Shown: positions 26,339-36,721 of the stretch, piece by piece | Numbering within the stretch: the first letter of the stretch is position 1 | How the letters are laid out: each line of letters opens with the position of its first letter | IMG/VR virus record: IMGVR_UViG_3300047470_000212 | Span: 32,001 to 96,000 of that record | Source: a virus | DNA: 64,000 nt | Direction: 5' to 3' (one strand) | The notes under the pieces: generated by a model | Databases searched by the model: none | Seen by the model: only the letters and a program-made list of their open reading frames with translations | What the model was told of the DNA's origin: nothing | Made by a program: the position numbers and the translations under genes

Positions 26339-28320
26339 CAGGTGACCGCCATTCCCACGCGGGTGGCAGTGCTGAGCGTCGAGTTGGTAGTCGTGAGCAC
26401 CTGAGATCCGTTCCGGTAGACCGTGATGTTGCTCCCGGAGTAGGCCACCGTGATGCGGTCGCCGTCCGAGAACGCCGTGGAGTAGTTGAGGGTCGTGGTC
26501 GCCACGCCCGCCTGGATGAGGTGGAGTGCCGTCCTCCCGGCCCGCCAGTAGTTGCTGGAGTCCTGGAGCCGGAAGACCACACCCTGCTTGAGGGTGTTGC
26601 CGGGGTTGGTCAGGAGGGTCCCCGCCACCGTGCCGTCAGCGTGGCCCGGGATCGTGGCGATCGACGCCGTTGCACCAACTGGGTACGCGCAGCCGCCCCC
26701 GTAGCCGCCGGAGGTCCACTGCCCAAGGGTCTCGGCCCAGGACGCGGCCCCGATGTCCGAGGTGCGGGTCGTCCAGTTCACCCATCCCTGGGTGAAGGAG
26801 TCGAGCACGTTGTACGCGGGCAGGGCGTCGCTGTACAGCGAGGTGATCAGAGTTCCGTGGTTGTCGTAGTACTCGACGAACGGGTACACGTTCACCTGCT
26901 CGCCGGAGTACGCCTGCGCGTAGCCGGACAGGCACATCTGCACGCGCTCGTCGTATCCCAGCGGCGTCCACTGTGCGTTCGCGGTAGGTGTGTCCGGCGG
27001 GGCGACGTTGATGCTCGCGGTGAGCGCCTGGTAGACGCGGCCGTGGAAGATGACGGAGTCGCCGGGCTGGTAGTAGGTGTCGTCGTCCCAGGACTGCCAG
27101 GTGTACGGCAGCGGGACGCCGAACAGGACCGGCTGCTGCGGGTCCATCGTCGCCTGCCCGGAGACGCGGCCGACGGAGCGCACGCCCATGGTGGCGACCG
27201 ACCCACCGGAGTTGGTGTTACGCACCCACAGCGCGTTGCCCGCCTTGTCATCAGGGTTGGTTGGGTTCTGCACGCCGATGCCCACCAGGACGCCGTTGGT
27301 GCCCGGGGTGACGCCTGCGGTGAAGGAGATCTCTTCCCATCCGGCGACGTGTCCGTTGGCGTCGACCAGCGTGGAGTCTGTGCCGTACTGAACCACCGTC
27401 CAGTAGGCATTGGAGGAGTTGGTACCCGTAGGGATCTGGGAGGCACCGTAGGCGCCGCTGCTGCCCGCCTGGTAGAGGTAGGAGCCGAACTCAGCCTTGT
27501 CTCCGGCCGCATAGTTCACGCTCGCGTCCCACTGCGGGAAGGACGGGTGGTCGAAGTCCGCCTGGTCGTCGGAGAGCATGAGGTTGTAGCCGATGGACAG
27601 GTCGGCGTCGTAGCCGGTCGTCTCGGAGATGATGGACCTGATCTGCTCCAGGGTGCCCTTCTGGCGGCCGAGGGTCGCAGCGTCACGCACCCGCTGCCGG
27701 AAGAGGTAGGCCGGAGTGGACGCCTCGTACTCGATACCGAACTGCGTAGCCAACTGGGAGATGTTGTCGAAGCGGGTGCGCATCGCATCGTTGGTGTACC
27801 GGTTGGAGTCGTAGTACGACCTCACCATGTCGAAGCCGAACCCGAAGATCGACAGGAACGGATGCAGGAACGGGTTCAAGGTGTTGGAGTCGTCGGTGAC
27901 GTTGTTGCCCGGCGCGATGTCGACCTTGTAGTGCTCGGGAACGAGCCCGTACAGGAGGTCGGTGTACCCGTTGTCCTTCGGCATGAGGCAGGACACTGTG
28001 CCCGCGCGGGACCACTGGCCGGACGCCTTGATGAAGATCGTGTAGTACAGCCAGTGCCCCCCGACCACGCCCCTGTCGACGAACGACGTCGACTTGGATG
28101 TCTGGTCGAGCAGGACCTCTCCGTCGTTCTCGTTGACGGCCCAGCCGAACCTGTTGCGCAGTAGGCGCAGGTTGGTCCACGAACCGGCTGGGGACGCCCA
28201 GTCGAGCAGCACGGTGGAGTAGTCGGCGGGCGTGGCTGTGAACGGGCTGACGTCGAACTCGGCCCGGATGTCCGTGCCGTACTTCGAGAGCCCGTATTTG
28301 GAGACGCCGTATGTACCCAA
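26338..28320 (-). CDS. Baseplate wedge/tail protein (P2 gpI-like) with CBM5/12-like repeats
   Basis: LA..FG...R.KGT...I; W.....Y..GD.V...G..YQA repeats. Confidence 0.7.
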   Translation of the reverse strand: MGTYGVSKYGLSKYGTDIRAEFDVSPFTATPADYSTVLLDWASPAGSWTNLRLLRNRFGWAVNENDGEVLLDQTSKSTSFVDRGVVGGHWLYYTIFIKASGQWSRAGTVSCLMPKDNGYTDLLYGLVPEHYKVDIAPGNNVTDDSNTLNPFLHPFLSIFGFGFDMVRSYYDSNRYTNDAMRTRFDNISQLATQFGIEYEASTPAYLFRQRVRDAATLGRQKGTLEQIRSIISETTGYDADLSIGYNLMLSDDQADFDHPSFPQWDASVNYAAGDKAEFGSYLYQAGSSGAYGASQIPTGTNSSNAYWTVVQYGTDSTLVDANGHVAGWEEISFTAGVTPGTNGVLVGIGVQNPTNPDDKAGNALWVRNTNSGGSVATMGVRSVGRVSGQATMDPQQPVLFGVPLPYTWQSWDDDTYYQPGDSVIFHGRVYQALTASINVAPPDTPTANAQWTPLGYDERVQMCLSGYAQAYSGEQVNVYPFVEYYDNHGTLITSLYSDALPAYNVLDSFTQGWVNWTTRTSDIGAASWAETLGQWTSGGYGGGCAYPVGATASIATIPGHADGTVAGTLLTNPGNTLKQGVVFRLQDSSNYWRAGRTALHLIQAGVATTTLNYSTAFSDGDRITVAYSGSNITVYRNGSQVLTTTNSTLSTATRVGMAVT

Positions 28321-28326
28321 GGCGGA

Positions 28327-28974
28327 TCACATCTCCCGGAGCATGGAGACGGAGAAATTGATCTCGTCCAGGGTGTAGGTCTTGCCACCGAAGGGGTTGC
28401 GCTCGATCATCTCGATCTTCTTGCCCGCGCTCACGGGGCCCTGCCAGAACGCCGTCGTGTGGCTGTAGCCGTTGAAGTTGTGCGTGACGGTGTGGCAGAC
28501 GACGCGGCTACCGCCGACGGCGATGCCCAGCCAGCGCTCGGGGTCTTCGAGCAGGATCGTGCCTCGGCAGTACGCGGAGGCTAGCCACCAGCCGGTGCGG
28601 TTGGCGGTGACCGAGGAGCCGTTGAAGATGCCCTCGGGGTCGTTGGTCGCCGACGGCCTGGGGAACGGGATCGGCACGCGCTCGGCAGCGGCGGAGATGT
28701 GCGTCTTCACAGGCTTGAAGGTGTGCGAGGTCTTGGTCATGTAGCAGACGGGTATGCCCTTGCCGCGCTGGATGGAGTCGAGACGATCGGCGACCGAGGC
28801 CCACTTGTTCGTCTTCATCTTCAGCGTGGTGTCCTGGTGCGGGTTGATGCCCAGGGTCTGCTGCATGGCCAGCACTTCGTCTTGCAGGTTGTTCACGTGG
28901 GAGGCGTCGATATCCTCGACGAGGTTCTTGTGCGTCGTGAACGTCTTGTACTGGTGTGGGTAGACAGCGGCCAT
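28327..28974 (-). CDS. Tail-associated protein
   Basis: IDASHVNNLQDEV.A.Q.TLG.NP motif; TAATG overlap. Confidence 0.65.
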   Translation of the reverse strand: MAAVYPHQYKTFTTHKNLVEDIDASHVNNLQDEVLAMQQTLGINPHQDTTLKMKTNKWASVADRLDSIQRGKGIPVCYMTKTSHTFKPVKTHISAAAERVPIPFPRPSATNDPEGIFNGSSVTANRTGWWLASAYCRGTILLEDPERWLGIAVGGSRVVCHTVTHNFNGYSHTTAFWQGPVSAGKKIEMIERNPFGGKTYTLDEINFSVSMLREM

Positions 28975-30446
28975 TAGCCGATCCCTCCGGTCATGGTGAT
29001 GTTGGAGATGTTTCCGACCTTCGGGATCTCCCAGGCGCGGAAGACAACGTCGGCTGTGCCGGTCTGCGCGGCGTCCGCGCGGGCGATCATGGGGATGTCG
29101 ACGTAGCGCACGCCGTCCACCGCGAGCAGGGCCTTGTAGAAGTCGCTGAGGGTCATCCGCATACCGAAGTCGACGTTGGCGAATCCGAGCATGTTCTTCA
29201 GGGCCTGCTGCACGTCGTAGAGGACCGAGGCCCTGGAGTAGCGGGGCCAGCACTCGACGGTGATGGGCTTGGTGGACGAGCCGACGTTCACGCTGACCAC
29301 GGATGGGCCTGCCACGGTGACTGTGGAGCCCGCCAGGGCCTTGGCCTGGAGGGTGGCCTGCACGTTGTTCAGGGTCGTTGTGTTGGGCTGTCCGCCGTCC
29401 GCTCCGATGACGTACACGGAGACGCTGGTGTAGGTCGAGGCGACGGCGTTGGCCCGGACGATGCCGGGAAGGGTCAGTGCCAGGTCGGAGAAGTCCCGGA
29501 GGGTGACGCAGCGGTCCTGACTGCGGAAGATTCGCGGCGCGTTGGCCCTGATCTGATCGTTGGTCTCGGGGTCTGCACCGCCGGACATGGCCGAGGAGAT
29601 CGCCGTGCCGCTGGAGTTCTGGGCGATGGTGACGCCGGGCAGGTTCGAGGAGGCGAGGGCGTTGACCACGCCCGCGTTGACGTTTCCGATCGTGCCGCCA
29701 CCGACGCGGTAGGTCGCGTAGATGGTCAACTGACTGTTGGGGATGGCGCCGTTGATGTTGTCGCCGAAGCGGATCCACGCTGCGCCGGAGTCGTCCAGGA
29801 ACGTCGTGAACACCTTGTCTTCGGGGTCGGCGTCCACCAGGTAGTTGATGTAGGTCCACTCGGTCGCGGCGTTGACGTCGTCCACGAAGACCTGCACGGT
29901 GCCGTTGATGACGGGCACGTCCGGCAGCCGGAACTCCTGCACGGGCAGGCCCGAGCTGGTGCCAACGTTGACCTGGCTGCGGGTGACTCCCTGGGTGACC
30001 GGGACTGTGGCCTTGCCACCGTTGACCGGCACCAGGATGTCGGAGTCGGTCTCGTAGGTGACCGGGCTGTCGATGGTGTCGATGTAGTCGGTGACGACCT
30101 GAGTGCCCGCAGGCACCAGGACAGCCGGTCCGGGGTTGGACGTCTGGAAGGTGACCGTGCCAGTGGCCGGGACACCGTTGCTCGGGGTGTAGCCGAGCAG
30201 GTCCGCAATCTGGAGCAGGGACAGGCGCTGGGTCGCGGTCGGCAGGAAGGCCTCCTGCTGGAGCCGGTCACCGTAGTAGGAGAGGCTGTCCCCGAGGTAG
30301 GAGAACAGCTCGACCATGAGCACGCCGAAGTCGCCCTCCGAGCCAGGTACCCACTGCGGGAAGGCTCGGGCGGCGTAGTCCAGCAGGGAGGCCTTGAAGC
30401 CCTCGTAATCCCGACTGGTGTAGTCGATAGCCGGTACGTCAGCCAC
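28974..30446 (-). CDS. Baseplate J-like wedge protein
   Basis: IDYT.RD...., DFG..LVELF.Y.GD.LSYY.D, GGAD.ET, R.VT..DF. Confidence 0.9.
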   Translation of the reverse strand: MADVPAIDYTSRDYEGFKASLLDYAARAFPQWVPGSEGDFGVLMVELFSYLGDSLSYYGDRLQQEAFLPTATQRLSLLQIADLLGYTPSNGVPATGTVTFQTSNPGPAVLVPAGTQVVTDYIDTIDSPVTYETDSDILVPVNGGKATVPVTQGVTRSQVNVGTSSGLPVQEFRLPDVPVINGTVQVFVDDVNAATEWTYINYLVDADPEDKVFTTFLDDSGAAWIRFGDNINGAIPNSQLTIYATYRVGGGTIGNVNAGVVNALASSNLPGVTIAQNSSGTAISSAMSGGADPETNDQIRANAPRIFRSQDRCVTLRDFSDLALTLPGIVRANAVASTYTSVSVYVIGADGGQPNTTTLNNVQATLQAKALAGSTVTVAGPSVVSVNVGSSTKPITVECWPRYSRASVLYDVQQALKNMLGFANVDFGMRMTLSDFYKALLAVDGVRYVDIPMIARADAAQTGTADVVFRAWEIPKVGNISNITMTGGIG

Positions 30447-30858
30447 TGATGACCTCGCTTACGGTGCCGCCCACACGCACCACAGCGGTGTTGGTCTGGA
30501 GCGACAGGCTGGATGGGGACGCCCCGGCCTCGCGGCGCATGTAGTCGACCTCGATACGGGCGAGCGACATCTGGGAGGCATCAGGGATAGGGGTGGCCCT
30601 CTGGAGGAGCACACCGGGCTCGTACCGGTCGAATGCAGAGGTCACGGCACGGCTGATTTCCTGCGCGACAAAGGTCGCGTCAGGGTCGAAAAGCAGATCG
30701 GCCACCGGGACTCCATAGTCCGGGAGCATGACCCGCTCCCCCGGCTGCGTGCCGACGAGCGCATTGACATGCTGGGCGATCTGCCTGTCGGGATTCGTCT
30801 CGACGGCGATTTTCCCGTCGGACGCAAGTCGAAATGGAACTGCAATCTCGGTAGGCAT
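30439..30858 (-). CDS. gp25/GpW-like baseplate wedge protein
   Basis: L..T.PGERVM.PDYG.....LF.P...YEP. Confidence 0.9.
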   Translation of the reverse strand: MPTEIAVPFRLASDGKIAVETNPDRQIAQHVNALVGTQPGERVMLPDYGVPVADLLFDPDATFVAQEISRAVTSAFDRYEPGVLLQRATPIPDASQMSLARIEVDYMRREAGASPSSLSLQTNTAVVRVGGTVSEVISG

Positions 30859-30899
30859 GCTTGCATTCTCCCAGGAATGCCTACCGAGATTGCAGTTCC
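30836..30899. repeat. 23-bp perfect inverted repeat covering the gp25 start codon
   Basis: GGAACTGCAATCTCGGTAGGCAT (30836-30858) / ATGCCTACCGAGATTGCAGTTCC (30877-30899). Confidence 0.9.
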
Positions 30900-30908
30900 G
30901 TTCTCAGA

Positions 30909-31208
30909 TCAGAAGCCGGGGAACGCTACCTGCCCGTCGGCCAGCACCTGGTCGTTCTGTGCGGCGACGTCTACGTCTATCTGGTGCCTGGCGGCGTTGT
31001 AGTCCTGGGCGGCCTGGTTGTAGAGCGGCGAGGCAGCGTTCTGGTTCACGTTCTGCTCCCACGACAGCCAGTTGTCCCTGACGTAGGACTTGAACGCGTA
31101 CTCCAGGAGTTCCTGGTCGCCCAACTGAGAGTCGACGTAGATGCCGTGGAAGGACGCTGCTACTCGGGGCCAGAATTCGTCGGGAATAGAGATCGTGATG
31201 TCGGTCAT
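30909..31208 (-). CDS. Hypothetical tail-fibre-associated protein
   Basis: ATG 31208 after GAGGA; 99 aa. Confidence 0.6.
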   Translation of the reverse strand: MTDITISIPDEFWPRVAASFHGIYVDSQLGDQELLEYAFKSYVRDNWLSWEQNVNQNAASPLYNQAAQDYNAARHQIDVDVAAQNDQVLADGQVAFPGF

Positions 31209-31224
31209 TAAAGGGACGTCCTCA

Positions 31225-34200
31225 CTACTTTGTGTACGTGATTTTGAGTTGCGGCGGGTGGCTGTCTCCGACACCGCTGAAGATGCCGTAGTAAGTCTTG
31301 TCGGTGCTGGAGCCGAGATCTCCACCGAGCGTGATTCCACGATACGGGGTAGCGGAGTTCCAACCTGAATTCCAGGACGACGGCAAAGTAACCCACTTGC
31401 CTGCACCAACCGGCCACGATGAAACGGTCAGGTTGTTGCTGGAGGCCATTCCGGACGCAACGCCAGTCTGGGTGTGCACACCGATATGCGCGGTACCGCC
31501 ACCGTTGTAATACCAGTGGCTGGCGTAGAGGTAGATCTCGACCTTGGAGACCTTCGCCGTGGAGCCCATGTCTGTGAACGGCTGGGTACCGAATCCGACC
31601 ATCGACTTCTGGGTGCCCCAGGTTCCGGAGTAGTAGCCCTGGTACATCGTGCCGTCGGTGTTACCTGCGTTACCGAATCGCCGGGACCACACCGCGTTGT
31701 AGGTCTTGGTGTACGTCTTCGTCGCGGTGACCGCAGCGCCGCCCGTGTTGTAGACGCCGCCCTCGGGTACGGCCGGGCCGATGTCCTCGACGTAGAAGTC
31801 CGAGGACTGCGCGGGGCTGTAGTTGCGCAGACCCCAGCCGGTGGCATTGCCCGAGTGGATGGCCCCTACCCACAGGATCCGGTGATCGCCTGGAGCCAGG
31901 GCCGTGTTCGACGCGTAGAGACCGCCTGCGTCGGACGAGCACACGATGATGCCCTCGACCACGCACGTGCCATCCGAGCCCGCGCCGTCGTAGAACATGC
32001 CCATGTTTCGAGCAATGGTCGTGTCAGTGACCTTCGGGCTTACCCCGTTTGGGTTGATGGTCGTGCATCCGTTAAGAACCGTCGTCGTGCCGGAGGCGTT
32101 CACGTACGTCTCCAACTCCTGCACACCGGTCCCGCCGTTGAGGTCGAACTGCGACCGGGCGACGATGCGGTACATCCGTCCCTCGACGGCCGTGAAGGCC
32201 AGCTCGATGATGCCCGTGTCGGTGGTGTAGTAGGTCGTGGCTGTGGGTCTTCCCGTCCACCCTCGCTCGTAGGTGACCATTCCCCATGGCAGGTTCCACA
32301 GCAGGTCGGAGAGTTCCTTGCCCTGGTACCAAATCTGACCGATGGGGTCGTCGCTGGCCGTGCCGACAGGTCGCTGCGGGGTCCATAGGGAGTTGAAGGT
32401 GCCGACACCGTTGGAGTCGATGGCCGCCGCACCGCCTGCGAATGTCGCGTGGGCGTTGTCCGTGGTCATCTCGGTGGCCAGCGTGCCGTCCGGCCCGTAC
32501 AGGCGCAGGCCGCCAGCGGAGATGTCGGTGGCGCCGTAGCCCTCGCGCATGACGATGACGTCGTCCACGCAGATGTACGAGAACGCGGTGGTCGAGAGAC
32601 CGTAGGAGCCTGGGTTCAACTGCTGGAAGGAGACGCGGCCCCACACCGCACCGGTCGGGATGGTGACCTCGAAGATGTCCTCGGTGTACGAGGCGGCGTT
32701 GTACGTGATGTCGTTGACGCCCGCCATCTGGTCGGTCCAGGTGACGTTGTCCGGGCTGGTCTCAAAGGTGACGTGTAGGTGGCCGATGCCGTAGTACCAG
32801 TACCGGAGCATGTAGGTCTCGGCCGCGACGACCGGGAAGGCGTTGCTGGTGACGGTCGCGGTGCCGGTGTTCTTCACTCCCAGGGCCGCCTTGCCCTGGC
32901 CGGAGCGCGCGGGGTAACCGCCCTGGGCAATCTCAATCTTGGCCGCTGTGGTGGCCAGAGTGCTGTCGCTCTGGGTGAGGGTCCAGCCGGTGCGGGAGGT
33001 GTCCTCGAAGCCGCCGTTGGTCACCAGGTTGCCGGAGACCGCACCGAGGGAGATGTGCTGGGCGTTGACGTTGCCCAGGTTGATGTTGCTGGAGCCCACC
33101 TGCCCCGTCTCGACGACCTCGATGGTGAAGATGTCGAGTTCGGCGGTGCCTGTGCCACCCGAGTAGTTGAGGTACAGGCAGGGGCTGATGTACTTCACGT
33201 TCTGGTGAAGCCTCATGGGCGAGGTCGGGTTGGGGTTGGGACCAGCGTCTCCGGTCGCGGCCGTGCCCTTGATATATCCGGTGTACGTAATCCACCCGGA
33301 GCCTGTGGTCAGGGGTGTGGCCCTCACGGCTGCGTAGGCCTGGCTGCCGGTGCTGTTGGCGCCGGAGATGTTGACGAGGGTCACACCGTCGGCTGCGATG
33401 CCTGTGACACCTGCGTAGACGGTCTGGTTGGTGCCTGGGGTGGAGTTGTCGACGGTCTGCCGCACCCGGGCGGTAACGCGGTAGGTCACCCCCGGGTCGA
33501 AGGGTATGAGCAGGTCCGGCCGACGGGCGCCCTGGATGTATCCGACGCAACGCATGACAGTCCCGCCGGAGGCTGCGTCGCTGACGCTGACGGTGGTCAT
33601 GGTGCCGGTACCGGATGGGCCGTTGACCCACTTGCTCGCCGAGTTGCCGAAGTCGTAGAACTTCTGGCCGACGGTGCCCTGGAGTCCGGCACTGAGTTTA
33701 TCGACGGTCAGCGTCCCGGCCTTGATGCTTGCGGCGTCCAGGTTGGTCACGCTGACCAGGCTGGCGTCGATGGTGCCGGTCTTGATCGAGCCGCCGCTGA
33801 TCGTGGTCGTGGTCGGGATGGTTCCGTTGCTCAACTGCCCGGCGGGTACGCTGACCCCCGCGCCAATGGAGCCGGTGACTGTGCCCGCGTTCGTGGCGGT
33901 GGTCGCGGAGGTAGCCGAGGTGGCGGCCGGTACGGTGCCGGTGACCTGGGTGCCTGGGACGGCGACTCCGGCGCCGAGAGATCCCGTGACGGTCCCTGCG
34001 CTGGTTGCCGAGGTAGCCGTGCCTGCCGTGGTCGCACTGGCGACCGGGCCGCTTACGTTCCCACCACCGATGACGAGGTTGGTCGCGTCGATCTGGGTAG
34101 CCGTCAACTTACCGACGGTGATCTTGCTGGCGTCGATGCTGGCGATGACACCGCTCTGGGCCGTGATCGTTCCGGCCGCCATCTGGTTGGCCGTGATCGT

Positions 34201-35583
34201 GTTCGCCGCGATCTGGTTGGCCGTGATGGTGTTGGCTGCCAGCCGGTCGCCCGTGATGGACCCGGCCAGGATCTGCGTGGCGGTGAGCGTCCCCGAGGTG
34301 ATCTTCGAGGCGTCCAGCGATCCGGTCGCGATGCGTGCAGCGTTGAGCGTGCCAGCGTTGATCTTGCCTGCGTCAAGGTTGGCGATCTTGGCGTTGTTGA
34401 TGGCGGCGTCGGCGATCTGAGCGGTGCCGACTGCGAGGTTGGCGATCTTCGCCGTGCCGATCGTGGCGTCGGCGATCTGCGCGCCGGTTACGGCGTTGTT
34501 GGCGATGTTGATCGTGCCGACGGCCAGGGCGGCCAGCTTCCCGGCTTCGATCGCACCGTTGGCAACGGCCTGCGCTGTCACCGCGTTGGCGGCCAGCTTG
34601 GTGTCGTCGATGGCGCCGACCGCGATCTTCGCTGCGGTCAGTTGGCCGTCGAGGATGTCCTGTGCGACGGCCTGCTTGGGGGTGTCCGAGGCGTATCCGG
34701 ACGGTGCCGAGGCGACGCCCACCTTGGAGTAGGCGACCAGCCGGTAGTAGTAGGCGTTGCCGTAGTTCTGTATGGAGTCGTAGGTGAAGTCAGCGCCGCG
34801 CAGTGTGGCGACGGTGACCGGGTTGGAAAACGCCGTGACGGTGTCCCGCTGCACCTGGACGCGGTCGAAGATGGCGGGCATGGCTGTACCGGTGGTGTCC
34901 AGGCCGTTCCACGTGACGCGCAGGCCTCCGAGCACGCCGACGACAGTCGGAGTGGACGGGACCGGAGGAGGCGTCGTCGAGGATGCGGTGACGATGTTCG
35001 CGGTCGCCCAGAGAGAGGCGTTACCGCTGGTGTCGATGGCCTGGGCGCGGACGTAAAGAGTCCGCCCGGTATGAAGTCCGTCGTAGACGATGAGGGTGTC
35101 TTCGGTGGCTGACCCGCCAGCCCAGTTCGTGCCGTCGTAGGAGGTCTGCACGAGGTAGTGCGACATGTCGGTGAGGGTGGTGCCGTCCTGGTTCTCCGTC
35201 GGTGCGGTCCACATCGCCGTCACGCTGGCCGAGGTGTCGCCCTCGGCGGTGACGTGCTGAACGGTGGTCAGGGAGAGGGCGGTCGGTTCCTTGGGAGGGA
35301 GGACGTCGGTGCCGTCGGTCGGCAGTTCGTCGACCTGGTCCTGGACCTCCTTGATGCCCAGCGGTGCATAGACCGGCCTGGTGATGTCACCGCCGGAGAA
35401 CTGCACCCACACCGACTGGCCGACGGGCGGCACGGTATTGGTGGGCGAGGACGGAACCGACCAGGCGCTCTCCGCATTGCCCAGAACCTGCGGGATCAGC
35501 AGAGTGACCCGGGCCTCGTTCAGAGGGTCCTGGTTATTGGCGACGCTCGCCCGGTACATGCCCAAAATGGGCTCAGCCGACAT
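31225..35583 (-). CDS. Baseplate spike (gp5/gpV OB-fold) fused to FN3 domains and a long fibre/receptor-binding region
   Basis: YRA.V..N.DP....RV...IP.V.G....W......P.VG..VWV.F.GGD...PV; decapeptide IxAGxITA repeats. Confidence 0.8.
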   Translation of the reverse strand: MSAEPILGMYRASVANNQDPLNEARVTLLIPQVLGNAESAWSVPSSPTNTVPPVGQSVWVQFSGGDITRPVYAPLGIKEVQDQVDELPTDGTDVLPPKEPTALSLTTVQHVTAEGDTSASVTAMWTAPTENQDGTTLTDMSHYLVQTSYDGTNWAGGSATEDTLIVYDGLHTGRTLYVRAQAIDTSGNASLWATANIVTASSTTPPPVPSTPTVVGVLGGLRVTWNGLDTTGTAMPAIFDRVQVQRDTVTAFSNPVTVATLRGADFTYDSIQNYGNAYYYRLVAYSKVGVASAPSGYASDTPKQAVAQDILDGQLTAAKIAVGAIDDTKLAANAVTAQAVANGAIEAGKLAALAVGTINIANNAVTGAQIADATIGTAKIANLAVGTAQIADAAINNAKIANLDAGKINAGTLNAARIATGSLDASKITSGTLTATQILAGSITGDRLAANTITANQIAANTITANQMAAGTITAQSGVIASIDASKITVGKLTATQIDATNLVIGGGNVSGPVASATTAGTATSATSAGTVTGSLGAGVAVPGTQVTGTVPAATSATSATTATNAGTVTGSIGAGVSVPAGQLSNGTIPTTTTISGGSIKTGTIDASLVSVTNLDAASIKAGTLTVDKLSAGLQGTVGQKFYDFGNSASKWVNGPSGTGTMTTVSVSDAASGGTVMRCVGYIQGARRPDLLIPFDPGVTYRVTARVRQTVDNSTPGTNQTVYAGVTGIAADGVTLVNISGANSTGSQAYAAVRATPLTTGSGWITYTGYIKGTAATGDAGPNPNPTSPMRLHQNVKYISPCLYLNYSGGTGTAELDIFTIEVVETGQVGSSNINLGNVNAQHISLGAVSGNLVTNGGFEDTSRTGWTLTQSDSTLATTAAKIEIAQGGYPARSGQGKAALGVKNTGTATVTSNAFPVVAAETYMLRYWYYGIGHLHVTFETSPDNVTWTDQMAGVNDITYNAASYTEDIFEVTIPTGAVWGRVSFQQLNPGSYGLSTTAFSYICVDDVIVMREGYGATDISAGGLRLYGPDGTLATEMTTDNAHATFAGGAAAIDSNGVGTFNSLWTPQRPVGTASDDPIGQIWYQGKELSDLLWNLPWGMVTYERGWTGRPTATTYYTTDTGIIELAFTAVEGRMYRIVARSQFDLNGGTGVQELETYVNASGTTTVLNGCTTINPNGVSPKVTDTTIARNMGMFYDGAGSDGTCVVEGIIVCSSDAGGLYASNTALAPGDHRILWVGAIHSGNATGWGLRNYSPAQSSDFYVEDIGPAVPEGGVYNTGGAAVTATKTYTKTYNAVWSRRFGNAGNTDGTMYQGYYSGTWGTQKSMVGFGTQPFTDMGSTAKVSKVEIYLYASHWYYNGGGTAHIGVHTQTGVASGMASSNNLTVSSWPVGAGKWVTLPSSWNSGWNSATPYRGITLGGDLGSSTDKTYYGIFSGVGDSHPPQLKITYTK

Positions 35584-36721
35584 TGATATCCTCCAGAAGA
35601 CTCGACTCCCAGAACTGCCGATTTCTCAGGACAGCCGGGACGGTGTCGAATTTGAAACGCTTGTTCGCGTCGCTTCGAAATGTTACCGAGTAAGGTTGGT
35701 CTCTTTCTGCATCGACGGTTGTGGTGAACACCCATCCCGAGTTGCTCTTGTCCCGGTTGATGATGTGTTTGGTGCCGGTAACCATCCATCGACCCGTGCG
35801 ATCTGAGGAAATGGAGTTCCCTGTGACAGCGACCAGAGATCCCGGGACGATCTTTGCCGTCCCATACAGCGTGGCCTGCATGGTGATCCAGCCACGGGAA
35901 GCCAGCGTGCGGGCCTCCATAAGGGCCTGCGCGTCCGCGTAGTTGTCGACGGCCCTGGCGGTCGATATGGAATTGAGGAATGCAGACGCCCCGGTATTCG
36001 ACGAAGACGAAGCCTTGATCACCCGCCCGGTCTTCGCGTCCAGTCCGGAAATGCTGCTGGTGCCCGTCGTCCCGTTCTCGCGGGGAACCATGGTGCCCGT
36101 CAGGATCGACATCTCCCGCAAGGTGTCCATAACCCCGGGCTGCTGATTCTTGGAGAACACAGGGATGTTCTGCGCGTTCTGCCCCACAAGGAGAATGCGC
36201 GGGTCGAGGAAGTAGAGCGTCGTCCCCTCCACCCAGAAACGGAATCCGACTTCGTGCGCCAGGTCCTGGAGGAGTTTGAAATCGCTCTGCCCGCTCTGCG
36301 CCCAGTAGGTAAGGCGCCGAGAGGACGGGGAGATGACTGTGCGCAGCCCGTTCTGTCGGCCCACCTGGCGGGCGATGGAGGTGGGGCTGACGTTCTTCCA
36401 GGACCGGGTCCGCTGGATGTTCAGCGGGAGGGTGGTGCCGATACACACGTACCGCGTGGTGACCGTCTGGGCACCGCCGCTGGCCAGGACGCTGGAGTGG
36501 TGCACGTAGCCGTACCAGCGGACCATGTCGTTGGGGCTGCGGCCGTAGTCGAGAACCACCGGAGCCAGCTCGGGGTAGGCCGAGCTGTTGGCGCTGGTCG
36601 TGACGTCCACGAGCGCCATGGAGTGCACGCCGTATCCCTCGCGGACTTCGACGCGCTTGATGAGGTTGTTGATGCGGTTGCCGGAGATGGTCAGGTTGGT
36701 TACTGGCGTCGACTCAGGCAT
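35573..36721 (-). CDS. Baseplate hub (late control D/gp27-like)
   Basis: Q.GQSDF.LL..LA...GF.FWV....LYF; G.W.VT...H. Confidence 0.8.
   Translation of the reverse strand: MPESTPVTNLTISGNRINNLIKRVEVREGYGVHSMALVDVTTSANSSAYPELAPVVLDYGRSPNDMVRWYGYVHHSSVLASGGAQTVTTRYVCIGTTLPLNIQRTRSWKNVSPTSIARQVGRQNGLRTVISPSSRRLTYWAQSGQSDFKLLQDLAHEVGFRFWVEGTTLYFLDPRILLVGQNAQNIPVFSKNQQPGVMDTLREMSILTGTMVPRENGTTGTSSISGLDAKTGRVIKASSSSNTGASAFLNSISTARAVDNYADAQALMEARTLASRGWITMQATLYGTAKIVPGSLVAVTGNSISSDRTGRWMVTGTKHIINRDKSNSGWVFTTTVDAERDQPYSVTFRSDANKRFKFDTVPAVLRNRQFWESSLLEDINVG

Noticed and set aside
33830-34640. Repetitive DNA in the fibre gene as a diversity-generating or invertible locus
   Set aside because: Degenerate protein-level repeats only; no reverse transcriptase, template repeat or adjacent invertase.
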